Shown here: piece after piece, positions 12,613 to 25,289 of the stretch
Layout of the letters: each line of letters begins with the position of its first letter
Numbering within the stretch: the stretch's first letter is position 1
DNA from: Octopus sinensis
Lineage: Eukaryota
Assembly: GCF_006345805.1 (NCBI RefSeq)
Contig: NC_043023.1
Location: forward strand, 8,866,001 to 8,930,000
Direction of reading: 5' to 3'
DNA: 64,000 bases
Notes under the pieces: generated by a model
Seen by the model: only the letters and a program-made list of their open reading frames with translations
Databases searched by the model: none
What the model was told of the DNA's origin: nothing
Position numbers and translations under genes: made by a program

Positions 12613-13533
12613 GCGGGTGGTTAAACCAATCTCTTCAGCACATACAATATAAATAAACTTCTGAAAGCATCTTCCAATCAACATTCCTGAAAGCCGTGCT
12701 TAGACCTCGTGAACTTTCAGGCGAACAAATTTTCTTTAGAAGAAGAAAGCAATGCTTTCTGGTTCGCTTGACATATCTTACCCAAGAGGAAACGGTAAAC
12801 GAGTATATAATTATTCACTTATTTCAGACGAAAAAAAATACAGATGCACATACACACAATTATACACAAAGTGATGTAGAATCCAAACACTCATATTAAC
12901 ATACATTTTCAAACACCCGTTGCATTACACGTATATTGAATGAAGGCGAGTTAGAAAATGGCAAATTGAAGTTCAGAAAGAAACATGGGAAGACATCAAA
13001 TGTGCAGAAAAATACAGTCAAGAAAATAATATCAGCAAGACTGATCCAACTTGCAAAATGTGGCGCCCTGTTCTGCTGTTTGTGTAACTTTCAATGCCAA
13101 GGTTTGGTACAAGGCCTTCCATGAATTTCCAGATTTATATCACTGCATATCTTTCACTCTTTCAGTCTTTTCCAGTAGCTAATACGTTGATTTGAAGCGA
13201 TTTATTATATGTAGCTTCATTGGATTGCTTCGAGTTTCGCTGCTAATTTAATATTGTTTGGTAATATAGTTGGGAGTAGTTCAAACGGCTGAGAACTTAT
13301 GCTCTCCAAATGACCACTTACAGAAATTTATACACACACATAATACGAATCACTGATGTAAACACCAAATTTTCGTATTTCTAAACACTTTCACATGCAC
13401 ATTTGCAGACTCATAAAGGGAGAAAATCTGAGTTAGAGAAGGGCAAGTTCACGAAGAAAAAAGATAGGAAAACACCAAATATTTAGAAATATACCGTCAA
13501 GTGAAGAGTATCGGCAAAATAGATTCAACTTAC

Positions 13534-13605
13534 AAATACTTTATGTTGGAAAGATTCCTGAATGTTCCTTGCTCAATAGTCGAGATTTTGTTATTCCCTA
13601 GATTC
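13534..13605 (-). CDS. LRR exon type B (72 nt): NLGNNKISTIEQGTFRNLSNIKY(L)
   Basis: ttacag|G AAT CTA GGG AAT AAC AAA ATC ... AAG TAT TT|gtaagt. Confidence 0.92.
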
Positions 13606-14325
13606 CTGTAAGATAAAAGAGAACTCATAAGAAATAATATAGAAGAGACCAGTTGCAACATTTTTTACTATAATGTCTAAGGAATGACAAGTAGGAAGAT
13701 AAGAAAAAGAAGTCAACGTTTTAGAATTCGATGACGGATATCATGATAAGCGTCGATCAATTAATCACCTACAGTGGCTCTGTCACTTACGTGCTGGCTA
13801 CGAAATTAGGCCTTGTCTGTCTCTTCAACCGTAAGTACGAGGGTTGCCTTTATTATCTGTTGCGCTAGGCGAAGAGTTACAGCTCATGGGCGAAGGAACG
13901 AAGATGCGTCATTACAAGGAATAATTCAATTTTCATATCTTCTGATATGTGATATTTGGTGAAAGAGGGTCTTCGATACCGCCGCCGTCATCTGTGTTTC
14001 CTGCAGTGAGATAGGCTCATCTAGAACCCTTCAATGGAGATGGACCAGTTTTGTTTAAAGGACGCCTACATTCAGACCGTACCTTCTCTCGGGAATGTTG
14101 GAAGGATATTGTAGAGCTGTGGCTCTTGAAATCCAAACTATTGAAGTATCTGTTCCCGTATTTTGATTGATATGCTGGGAGCTTTGTCATTATGCAGCTG
14201 CGCCTTGTTCTGCTGTTTGTGTAATTTTCAATGCCTAAGTTTGGTACACGGCCTTCCAGGAATTTCCAGGTTTATATCACTGCGTATCTTTCTCACATTC
14301 ATTCTACAGAGAAGAGTTTTCACTC

Positions 14326-15336
14326 TGTAGTGAACGACCGTACGTAAAGGAGTTGGTGACAGAAATGTCTCCTTTGAAACAACGCTCGGTCGTCCCTAAG
14401 AAAATAAGAAAACCAGATATGTGGTATAAAAGAATATGAGTGCCAGTAAAGAATAAGGAGAAAAACACAACCGTTCTACTGCTTGAGAGAAAGAAAGACT
14501 TTATTTACAGGATGTGTACATAGTGATAAGAGCGTGTGTGAGTGCTAGCAGAGTGTAGTGTCTGAGTGTGTGCACATGTGTCTGTGTGTCCGTTGTAAGT
14601 TAAAAGAGTGAAACAACAATACAAAGCAAAGAAAGAATGTCCAGACACAAGATGGAGAATAAATACCAGTTCGTACAGGTACACAATAGCAGTTCGCTCT
14701 GTGTCAAGAAAGTTGAGGCAAAGAGGAGAGCAGTTGGTATGCGTGTAGAAGTTGGGCGTCGATCCATTTGCCAGGTTACATCGGTACAGAGGGTCTTGCC
14801 GGTCGTGCTGTGCTGTTAACCTTGGTGTGATTACACAAACAGCGTGTGAGCTAAACTCAAGCGAGTTGCTGTGTACGTACCGTTGAAGTCGACGGTGGTG
14901 ATGGCGACGGTAGATAACGGTGACGTTGAGACGAAGGCGACGGTGGTGGAGACGTCCTGCATTGCTGGTGTATGTTGGCGTCGTCGCTGTCAGGAACAGG
15001 AACATGGCTGGGTCGCTAGCTGTAGCAGGAACATGGCTGGGTCGCTGGAACTAGCTGGTCTGGTCGTCGATGGAACTGGCTTCTCTGGTGTGGTCAATGG
15101 TCAGAGACCAAAGACCCAAATTTACTGGATCAATGGGATTTTATAACATTCCAGAGGCTCAAGAAGAAAGCCAAAAGACAGAGTCACATGATCTTATTGG
15201 AAGGTTCTGATTGGTTGGTTCACATATTGGCGCGAAATAAGTCAACAGACAAACTGTGCCAATGCCAACCAATCAGAGCAGTGGACACAACAGGGTCAAA
15301 ATAGCGGCCAAAATTTATCTGTTATCTGCTACGACA
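14326..15336 (-). mobile_element. Probable solo LTR (about 1 kb)
   Basis: TG...CA ends; on the minus strand CCAAT boxes, TATAAAA at about 15140 and AATAAA at about 14505; absent from the paralogous block at about 13150. Confidence 0.6.
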
Positions 15337-15572
15337 TAATTTGTACTGCATATCTCAGAGAGTGCGGATGCATTTCACAAAACGCTATAACTCTTTCAGT
15401 CTTTCCCAGTAGCCAGTATGTTTCCTTGATGCAATTTCGTGTGTAGCTTCGTTGGATTGCTTCGAGTTTCGCCGTTATTTTAATATTTATGTTGGTATAG
15501 TTGGGAGAGGTAGTTCAAACGTCTGAGAACGTATGCTCTCCAGATAACCACATTGAGAAATATATACACACA

Positions 15573-15606
<34 letters not shown>

Positions 15607-15788
15607 ATACAAATCACTGATGTAAACAACAAATTTTCATATTCGTAAACACTTTCACATTTGCAAATTCATAAGTGGAGAAAATCTGAGTTAGAGAAGG
15701 GCAGGTTTAAGAAGTAAAAACATAGGAAAGCATTAAATATTTAGAAATATATCAAGTGAAGAGTATCAGCAAAACATATTCAACTTAC

Positions 15789-15860
15789 AACCCCCTTATG
15801 TTGGAAAGATTCTTGAATGTTCCTTGCTCAATAGTCGATATACTGTTATTCTGTAGAAAC
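15789..15860 (-). CDS. LRR exon type B (72 nt): FLQNNSISTIEQGTFKNLSNIRG(L)
   Basis: ttatag|G TTT CTA CAG AAT AAC AGT ATA ... AGG GGG TT|gtaagt. Confidence 0.92.
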
Positions 15861-16220
15861 CTATAAGATAAAAGAGAACTCATAAGAAATAACATAAAAG
15901 AGACCAGTTACAATAATTTTTACTATGATATCTGAGGGATGACAGACAGGAAGATAAGAAAAGGAAGTCGAAGTTTTAGAATTCGATGACGGATGTCACG
16001 ATAATGATGTGTGAAGAACATGATTATAAAGGTGATGGTGAGTGATGACGAAGATTGATGATAATAACGATAACGCTGTTAATTATACACTGGTTGGTAT
16101 TGGTGACACTGTTGGTTGCTGAGCTGAGGATGCTGAGTATGATGATGATGTATCAGGTAAAATCTCATAAGAGAGAAGGGGATGAGAGGAAGGAATGATG
16201 ATGCAATATATTTCCTTTAA

Positions 16221-16253
<33 letters not shown>

Positions 16254-16334
16254 TATATACACGTAAGTATATATGCGTATATATATATATATATATATTA
16301 TTATATATATATATATTTATATATATATATAAAT

Positions 16335-16383
<49 letters not shown>

Positions 16384-16390
<7 letters not shown>

Positions 16391-16684
16391 AAAGGGCTTA
16401 GTAAAATAAATTACTTTGCCGCATACTGAACTCATTAGAAATAGCAGCTAAAAACTTTTTAAAACTATTTCTAATACTTAAAGAAAACCTTTAAGTATTA
16501 GAAATAGTTTTAAAAAAGTTTTTTAGCTGCTATTTCTAATGAGTTCAGTATGCGGCAAAGTAATTTATTTTACTAAGCCCTTTTATATAATGTAATAATT
16601 TGAATTCGCCTTAAATGGTCCCTTTGCATACTGAACACTTGGTGAAATTGATTAATAATTAATTAATTTTACCCTCAATTGTTG

Positions 16685-16690
<6 letters not shown>
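16384..16690. repeat. Near-perfect 100-bp-arm hairpin with tail, inserted in a TA tract
   Basis: 16384-16483 is the reverse complement of 16489-16590 apart from two homopolymer-length differences; 5-nt loop. Confidence 0.9.
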
Positions 16691-16739
<49 letters not shown>

Positions 16740-16853
16740 TATATATTTAAAGGAAATTATAATGTTCCCTTTGAGGCTTTTGACGCCAACTACTTGATAA
16801 ATTCTTATAAAGATATTATGCTATATATATGTATATATGTGTATATATATATA

Positions 16854-16884
<31 letters not shown>

Positions 16885-16885
16885 G

Positions 16886-16925
<40 letters not shown>

Positions 16926-18072
16926 GCATATATATGTATGTATGTAAGTACATATGTATGTAACTACATATTTATGTTTGCGTCTTTGTTATTAAATACG
17001 TATGTTTTCTTCGATTACAAGATGTTCAGTTTGAAATACAAGTATTATACATGTGTGTTTATGTATAAATATGTGTATATATACTATGTATTGCATGTAT
17101 GAGTGTATATATATTTCTACCTTTAAGACTTTATTTATATATATTTCCAGGACCCGTTAATTTTTCACGGAAGTAATTTTAAGCCTATGCAATAATTTTT
17201 GAAATCTTTATTTATAAAATCGAAAGTGTAGACTGCGTTGTGTCTGCATGGAGAGATAGTTGCTCGTCTGCTATTCATTGGAAAACAAACGAGACTGTAA
17301 TAAGAAGATTACTTAATGAACTTTATATGGGCACTTAATATATTTTACCTACAATTTTACGGATATAATACAGAATACTCATAAAATGAACAGTCACCCT
17401 TTTTTTTCCATATTTTGCTGTAAACAATAAACAAAAATAAACATCTCATACATATGATACAACATTTCGTAAAATTGTAAAAATTTGCCACGTCAATAAG
17501 CGTGAAAACTTTACGGGATTTCATTTATGCGCATGCGTTATGAGAGAGAGACACGTTGTATAAAACTTATTTCAATTGAAAAGCATGCACGCTTTTCACT
17601 ATCCAATGCAACCACCACTACCTCCACCACTTCCACCAACACAATCGTCATCAACTCTCTTCCTGTCCCTCTCTCCTCTCCTTCGACTCTGTCTATCTCC
17701 CTTCCTTCTTTGCCTAAGTTTACCTTCACCATCAGAACATTACATCTCTGCTAAAGTTATCCTTTCAACTCTCCTCTCCGTACAACTAACTTTTAACCAC
17801 GTTACTAAATATTACGTTGCCCTTATCTTATATCGTGGACGAAATTCCCTCTCCCTTTTACCTTCTCCCTCTTTTTCTTTGTCCCTTTTCTCTCTCTCTC
17901 TCTCTCTCTCTCTTTCTATCTATCTATCTATCTATCTATCTCTATCTCTTCACCTTATCCTCTTTCCTGTTTCCTTTTCCATTCGCTTCAACTACTCACG
18001 TGCAATTACATTCCCTCTGCCACACGTCCTGGATGCTCTTCTCTCCCTATTTTCCTTCCTCCCTCATTTTAA

Positions 18073-18111
<39 letters not shown>

Positions 18112-19189
18112 TGTGTACAGTGCTCAGGTGCACTACAACTCATCTAAAGTGTATGTATAATCAGGTGTGGTTTCGGCGGATTTCGGAGAGCATGAGGGCC
18201 TTAAGGGATGCAGTGTCATGGCAGTCAACGACTGACGCAGGCAGTTTATTCCATGCTTCAGCAACTCTCCCCTTTCTTTCTCTCTCTTTCTCTCTAATTA
18301 CATGAAAACGTTGCCGACACGCTAGGTAATGACATGAACAATTTTTTGGTTAATTTTGCAAATTTACTCCTGTTCCAATGCAAAACTATAAATATCCTGA
18401 TTTTGAAGAAGGATAAATTACATTACTTCTTGGACGTTCTAGGAAATGAATGTGGTCAACATTAATAAACTTTAATATTATAAATTCATTTGGATTCAAA
18501 TTAACATTTATATTTATTTTTATGCAGTGTATATTCCATGTGGTGTTGAAATAAGCATTATTAATGAATTAAATGTGATCAATTCTCAGTAAGGAAGAAT
18601 ATCACAAACACATTCATATAGAAAACGGGGATATATTAAAGTACACAAGTGAAGAATTTTTATATATGTGCATGAATCTGGGTATATATATATGTGTGTG
18701 AATGTATATACATAAGTATGTTTGTGTATATAGGTATGTGTGTGAGTGTATGTGTGTTTGTGTGAACGTGTGTGTACATATATGTGTATATATTTATATT
18801 TGTGTGTATGTTTTTGTAAATTATGCAATCACGTATGTTTGCGTTTATATATGTTTCTAAGTTCCCTTTCAGTCGTTTTTTCGCCGCCATTCCCTGAAGG
18901 TGGGTCTAGTTGGCTCCCAAATAGGTGTTCACATCCTTCAGAAATGCTGACCGCATCCGATGGTCAGCCGCAATCGAAGCTATAATGGATATACACTCAC
19001 AATTTAAACGCCCAAGTCTATAGACACAATGGACCGATCGAACTTCTATGTTCGCCATTACCCATCATTGGCGCATTGTGTATATGTGTATAAAAATATA
19101 TATATATATATTGGATATACTTTGCATGTTTATATGTGCAAGGAAGGTCAGATCCATCTTTGATAAACTGATTCCTAGTGAACATATTT

Positions 19190-19600
19190 CAAAACTTAAG
19201 TTGAAGTATTACTTAGGCAAGAAAGGTTAGGCAACAAAGTGTTTTCTTAACCTATAGAAAAGGTAATGAAGTCTGGGAAGACGGTGTAATAATTAAACAA
19301 ATAAGGAGAATGGTATTCCTGGTAAAAGGAGAACATGTCGAACATAAAAGCCATTAACAAACGGAAAGAAAGTTTCACGAAAATAAAAAAAGTAGCCACG
19401 AGAAATAACACCCTCATGGAAATATTGCATAAAATCTTTGAGGTACAAACATCAAAGCAATTTGAATCTAGACGTTCTTGAACCAGACAACGGATAATAA
19501 ATGAACCATTGGGATTGAACCCTAAGGGTAATCGATATTTAATATCAGAGCGGAGATCAATTCTCAAATGGGCAGAATATAGGGGAGACTGATGCAAAAA
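19190..19600 (+). mobile_element. Gypsy-type integrase C-terminal relic
   Basis: Translates to ...EVWEDGVIIKQIRRMVFLVKGEHVEHKSH..., resembling the W..G.I....Y.V...RH.NQ motif. Confidence 0.45.
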
Positions 19601-20648
19601 GGGGACATATCATGGAAGGATTCCGACCACCCCACAAGTGACATAAATGTGGACTGACTTATTGATATAAATTAAAGCACTGAGCGATTAGCGTTTCGTG
19701 TTCCTAGCAGTTCAAGTGAGCTTTGATATGGAGCGTTGAGTCTCGTATAATAGTAATAGTAGTACGTTGCGTATATAGTTTCCTCCCCACCCCCACCCAG
19801 TGCTTAATCAATACAAGGATATACAAATAACCAAGTGGTAATCGCAAGCCTTAGTGTACAATTTGCCATATCAGGTCATCCTGGCAATTTTAAGTCCGGC
19901 ATTTACCAATAACGCATTCTTCAGGGTGACATTTGGCAGCTCTTCTTATAAGAGATTCTGATATCCACAGTGAAGATGAGTCATCGGATTCCTATGAAAA
20001 TAGATGAGATCAAAGGTACAGGAGAGTCAGCTTGACTATATGGAAATCGCTGGAATGCCTCGTTGCCTGAGTAACGACACACTGCATACAACACACACGT
20101 TGAAGTGTTTCATCAACCACCTGAGAAAATAAGAGGTTTTGCGCGATGGGATGCTTTTAATTTATCGAGCCTCCTGCTATCCTAAACTCCTTGAGACGAC
20201 TGGAAGATCACAAAACGTCTTAAGGAGTTGATGGCATGGGCTCACATGAGTCACAAGGACACCAAATCAAAATAGGTAGTCTTAGATGCAGGTACTGCTT
20301 CCCAGTCAGTAGTGTTCATTTACAATCCATAACCTAGAAGAGAGTGAAAATTCTGGGAAAAGAGTTTTTAATGTAACCGGGGTGACATATAATCCATCAG
20401 TGAAGCCAAGGAATCAGAAACTTGGTGCATGCCACCAAAGTGACAATGGGGTAAAATGTATAAAGCCCAGTATACTCATCATGAATACTCGTCTGATAAG
20501 GGTACACTAGGCAAATCTGTGGTATTGAGCAGAATATATTTTCCAACCACCGAAATCTTTCGTTTGATACAAGGCCTTCCAGGAATTTCCAGATTTATAT
20601 CACTGCGTATCTTTCTCACATTCATTCTACAGAGAAGAGTTTTCAATC

Positions 20649-21660
20649 TGTTGCGAACGACAGTACGTAAAGGAGTTGGTGACAGAAATGTCTCCTTTGA
20701 AACAACGCACGGTCGTCCCTAAGAAAATAAGAAAACCAGATATGTGGTATAAAAGAATATGAGTGCCAGTAAAGAATAAGGAGAAAAACACAACCGTTCT
20801 ACTGCTTGAGAGAAAGAAAGACTTTATTTACAGGATGTGTACATAGTGATAAGAGCGTGTGTGAGTGCTAGCAGAGTGTAGTGTCTGAGTGTGTGCACAT
20901 GTGTCTGTGTGTCCGTTGTAAGTTAAAAGAGTGAAACAACAATACAAAGCAAAGAAAGAATGTCCAGACACAAGATGGAGAATAAATACCAGTTCGTACA
21001 GGTACACAATAGCAGTTCGCTCTGTGTCAATGAAGTTGGGGCAAAGAGGAGAGCAGTTGGTATGCGTGTAGAAGTTGGGCGTCGATCCATTTGCCAGGTT
21101 ACATCGGTACAGAAGGTCTTGCCGGTCGTGCTGTGCTGTTAACCTTGGTGTGATTACACAAACAGCGTGTGAGCTAAACTCAAGCGAGTTGCTGTGTACG
21201 TACCGTTGAAGTCGACGGTGGTGATGGCGACGGTAGAGAACGGTGACGTTGAGATGAAGGCGACGGTGGTGGACACGCCCTGCATTGCTGGTGTATGTTG
21301 GCGTCGTCGCTGTCTGGAGCGGGAACATGGCTGGGTCGCTGGCTGTAGCAGGAACATGGCTGGGTCGCTGGAACTAGCTGGTCTGGTCGTCGATAGAACT
21401 GGCTTCTCTGGTGTGGTCAATGGTCAGAGACCAAAGACCCAGATTCACTGGATCACTGGGATTTTATAACATACTAGAGGCTCAAGAAGAAAACCCAAAA
21501 GACAGAGCCACATGATCTTATTGGAAGGTTCTGATTGGTTGGTTCACATATTGGCGCAAAATAAGTCAACAGACAAACTGTGCCAATGCCAACCAATCAG
21601 AGCAGTGGACACAACAGAGTCAAAATAGCGGCCAAAACTTATCTGTTATCTGCTACGACA
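20649..21660 (-). mobile_element. Probable solo LTR, duplicate of 14326-15336
   Basis: Near-identical sequence with identical flanks, so copied by segmental duplication. Confidence 0.6.
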
Positions 21661-22110
21661 TAATTTGTACTGCATATCTCAGAGAGTGCGGATGCATTTC
21701 ACAAAACGCTATAACTCTTTCAGTCTTTCCCAGTAGCCAGTATGTTTCCTTGATGCAATTTCGTTTGTGTAGCTTCGTTGGATTGCTTCGAGTTTCGCCG
21801 TTATTTTAATATTTATGTTGGTATAGTTGGGAGAGGTAGTTCAAACGTCTGAGAACGTATGCTCTCCAGATGACCACATTGAGAAATATATACACACACA
21901 AACACACACACACACATACACACACATAATACAAATCACTGATGTAAACAACAAATTTTCATATTCGTAAACACTTTCACATTTGCAAATTCATAAGTGG
22001 AGAAAATCTGAGTTAGAGAAGGGCAAGTTCAAGAAGTAAAAACATAGGAAAGCATTAAATATTTAGAAATATATCAAGTGAAGAGTATCAGCAAAACATA
22101 TTCAACTTAC

Positions 22111-22182
22111 AAATACTCTAAGCCGGAAAGATTCCTGAATGTTCCTTGCTCAATAGTCGAGATTTTGTTATTCCCTAGCTTC
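22111..22182 (-). CDS. LRR exon type B (72 nt): KLGNNKISTIEQGTFRNLSGLEY(L)
   Basis: taacag|G AAG CTA GGG AAT AAC AAA ATC ... GAG TAT TT|gtaagt. Confidence 0.92.
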
Positions 22183-22594
22183 CTGTTAGATAAAAGAGAA
22201 CTCATAAGAAATAACATAAAAGAGACCCGTTACAATATTTTTTACTATTATATCTGAGGGATGACAGGCAGGAAGATAAGAAAAGGAAGTCGAAGTTTTA
22301 GAATTCGATGACGGATGTCACGATAATGATGTGTGAAGAACATGATTATAAAGGTGATGGTGAGTGATGACGAAGATTGATGATAGTAACGATAACGCTG
22401 TTAATTATACACTGGTTGGTATTGGTGATACTGTTGGTTGCTGAGCTGAGGATGTTGCGACTGTGGAGTATGATGATGATGTATCAGGTAAAATCTCATA
22501 AGAAGTGAGGGAGATGAGAAGAAGGAATGATGATGCAATATATAGATATATGTATGTGTTTTTATATATATATATATATATATATACGTAAGTA

Positions 22595-22642
<48 letters not shown>

Positions 22643-22725
22643 CATATATTTAAAGGGAATCATAATTGTTCCCTTATGAGGCTTTTGACACCGACTACTT
22701 GATAATTCTTATAAATATTTTATGC

Positions 22726-22762
<37 letters not shown>

Positions 22763-22786
22763 ATATGTATATATATATATATGTAT

Positions 22787-22830
<44 letters not shown>

Positions 22831-22845
22831 CATACATATATATAT

Positions 22846-22922
<77 letters not shown>

Positions 22923-23639
22923 GTACATATGTATGTAACTACATATTTATGTGTGTGCCTCTTTGTTATTAAATACATATGATTTCTTCGATTACAAGAT
23001 GTTCAGTTTGCGAATACAAGTATTATTCATGTGTGTTTATGTATAAATATGTGTATATATACTATGAATTGCACGTATGTGTGTATATATATTCTACCTT
23101 TAAGACTTTATTTATATATATTTCCAGGACCCGTTAATTTTTCACGGAGGTAATTTTAAGCCTATGCAGTAATTTTTTTGAAATCTTTATTTATAAATCG
23201 GAAGTGTAGACTGCGTTGTGTCTGCATGGAGAGATAGTTGCTCGTCTGCTATTCATTGGAAAACAAACGAGACTGTAATAAGAAGATTACTTAATGAACT
23301 TTATATGGGCACTTAATATATTTTACCTACAATTTACGGATATAATACAGAATACTCATAAAATGAACAGTCACTCTTATTTTTCCATATTTTGCTATAA
23401 ACAATAAACAAAAATAAACATCTCATACATATGATACAACATTTCGTAAAATTGCAAAAAAATGCCACGTACATAAACGTGAAAACTTCACGGAATTTCA
23501 TTTATGCGCATGCGTTATGAAAGAGAGACGTTCTATAAAACCGTATTTCAATTGAAATGCATGCACGCTTTTCACTATCCAATGCAACCACCACTACCTC
23601 CACCACTTCCACCAACACCATCGTCATCCACTCTCTTCC

Positions 23640-24131
23640 AGAAAATGCATTTAGGGTCAAATCTATTTCGAAGAACGCTAACCTGAAGGTTTTGATCAGC
23701 AAGCTTCGATCTTGCACCGCCAGTATGAAATAGTCATACTCTGCTTTCAGTTCTGGGCTCCTCAGTCACTGATGGGTTGTTGCTTGGTCTACATAAGCAT
23801 ATCGGCTTCGAATTTTATAGTGTTCACGAAGAGGCTTCTGGCTCCACCGATCCTCAATTTGCTTTTGCCCGTTCTCTTTTGCGGTCTGCTTGATTCGTTT
23901 GGCGTATATGGTAGCACTGGTTTCAGGTTGTTCATATAAATCAGGATTAATGGCAAGTTCCCTTCCAAATTTGCAAGTTTCCTTAGCAATAAAATGTGTT
24001 TTTCCTGCTTTCGGGTTTGCACACAAGCTGCAGCATCCAGCCTTCTGTACTGCATGAGTATTTGTTCATTGCTATTGTCCTACTTTCATCCTTCCTCTTC
24101 CCCCATTATTTCTAGGTATTATTATTATTAC

Positions 24132-24175
<44 letters not shown>

Positions 24176-25215
24176 GATGTTTGACTTTTGCTTTACATTT
24201 GCACAAGCTGGCTACAAGTCTCACCCAGAGATCTCAAGAGACAACAAGCTTGAAGTTCGTGTTGGTGTTATGCTTAGGGTGCCTTATATTTGGTTTTGTA
24301 CTTAGTGTTGTACTAGGAATGTGTAAAAAAACATACGAAAATTATGTTTGAGGAGTGAGATGTGGTAATTTTCAAGCAGTGGAGATGGTTTGTGATCCCA
24401 CCAGTTTTTATCATGGGGCAAGTCCGGGCTTTTGCAAAATCATCCAGTTAATATATAGTGCAGCTCCATCATGCCTGTTGAGATACTCTGTAGACGCAAG
24501 AAGACTGCACTTGGAGACAACATGATCAATGTTGACATACACGACATTTGGGCTACTGCCGTTCTTTAATATGTTGGCCTGGTAGTTCCTTGTTGGTAGC
24601 ATTGATCTTCAGCTGCTATGATAAACCCTTCTGTTTCAGATTTTAAGCCAGAGGCCATTAGCCATTGATGGGTCAACATCTGCATTATTCGCTCTCTTTG
24701 GGTATTTGCCATTGAGAGGTTTTTCTTGTCATTTATCATTCAGAAAATCTAAGGCAGCAGTTTTAGCACGAGTTTTCATGCGCTTAGCTTTTTCTGTGCT
24801 TGTTTCTTGTGTCTAATTCCGAAATTGTTGTATTCGGAATTCACTTAGATATTCCTTTGCCTGTTTTGTTACTGTGTATGATGCTTTCTCGTTTTGATGT
24901 TTTGAGATAAGTTTTAACATCCAGTCCTCAGAGTTTTTCAGGTAGGTGTCTAGGCCAATTGTAGAAATCTTCATTGTTATTGCCAGTTGTAAAAGTCCAC
25001 GGCCTCCCTCTTTTCTTGGCAGAAGAGTCGTTCTATATTTGCCTTAAGGTGGTGCATTCTATGCATTGTCAACAGTTGTCGTATTTTTCTGTCAACATTA
25101 TATATTTCAGAAATTGATCAGTTAACGTTGTTGAAACTGTAAGTCACGTCTGGTATGGCTAAAACATCAATCGCTTCGATCCTGTTTCTCGCATGCAGCT
25201 CTGTCTTGAGTATTG
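23640..25215 (-). mobile_element. Dong/R4-type LINE fragments with (TAA)n tail
   Basis: Motifs MHHP/LLPRKEGGRGL, ETEGFIIAAEDQ, HVVSKCSLLASTEYLNRHD; 3' end joins the TAA repeat at about 24120-24175. Confidence 0.8.
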
Positions 25216-25289
25216 AGTATATCTCCTGCCAAAGACGAAACATTAAAGGACTATATATTTATCCACATATTTCAGACACAAATGTACAT

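Larger units (their letters stand above)
14200..23640. repeat. Segmental duplication 14200-17660 / 20565-23640, with an older partial copy at 13065-13750; one type-B exon each
   Basis: Collinear near-identical sequence including the solo LTR. Confidence 0.9.

Noticed and set aside
12278-12624. Poly-I / poly-L ORFs resembling membrane proteins
   Set aside because: Translations of the (TAA)n microsatellite.
14505-15005. 166-aa ORF duplicated at 20828-21328
   Set aside because: Lies inside a probable solo LTR and has no recognisable domain; conservation is explained by recent segmental duplication.
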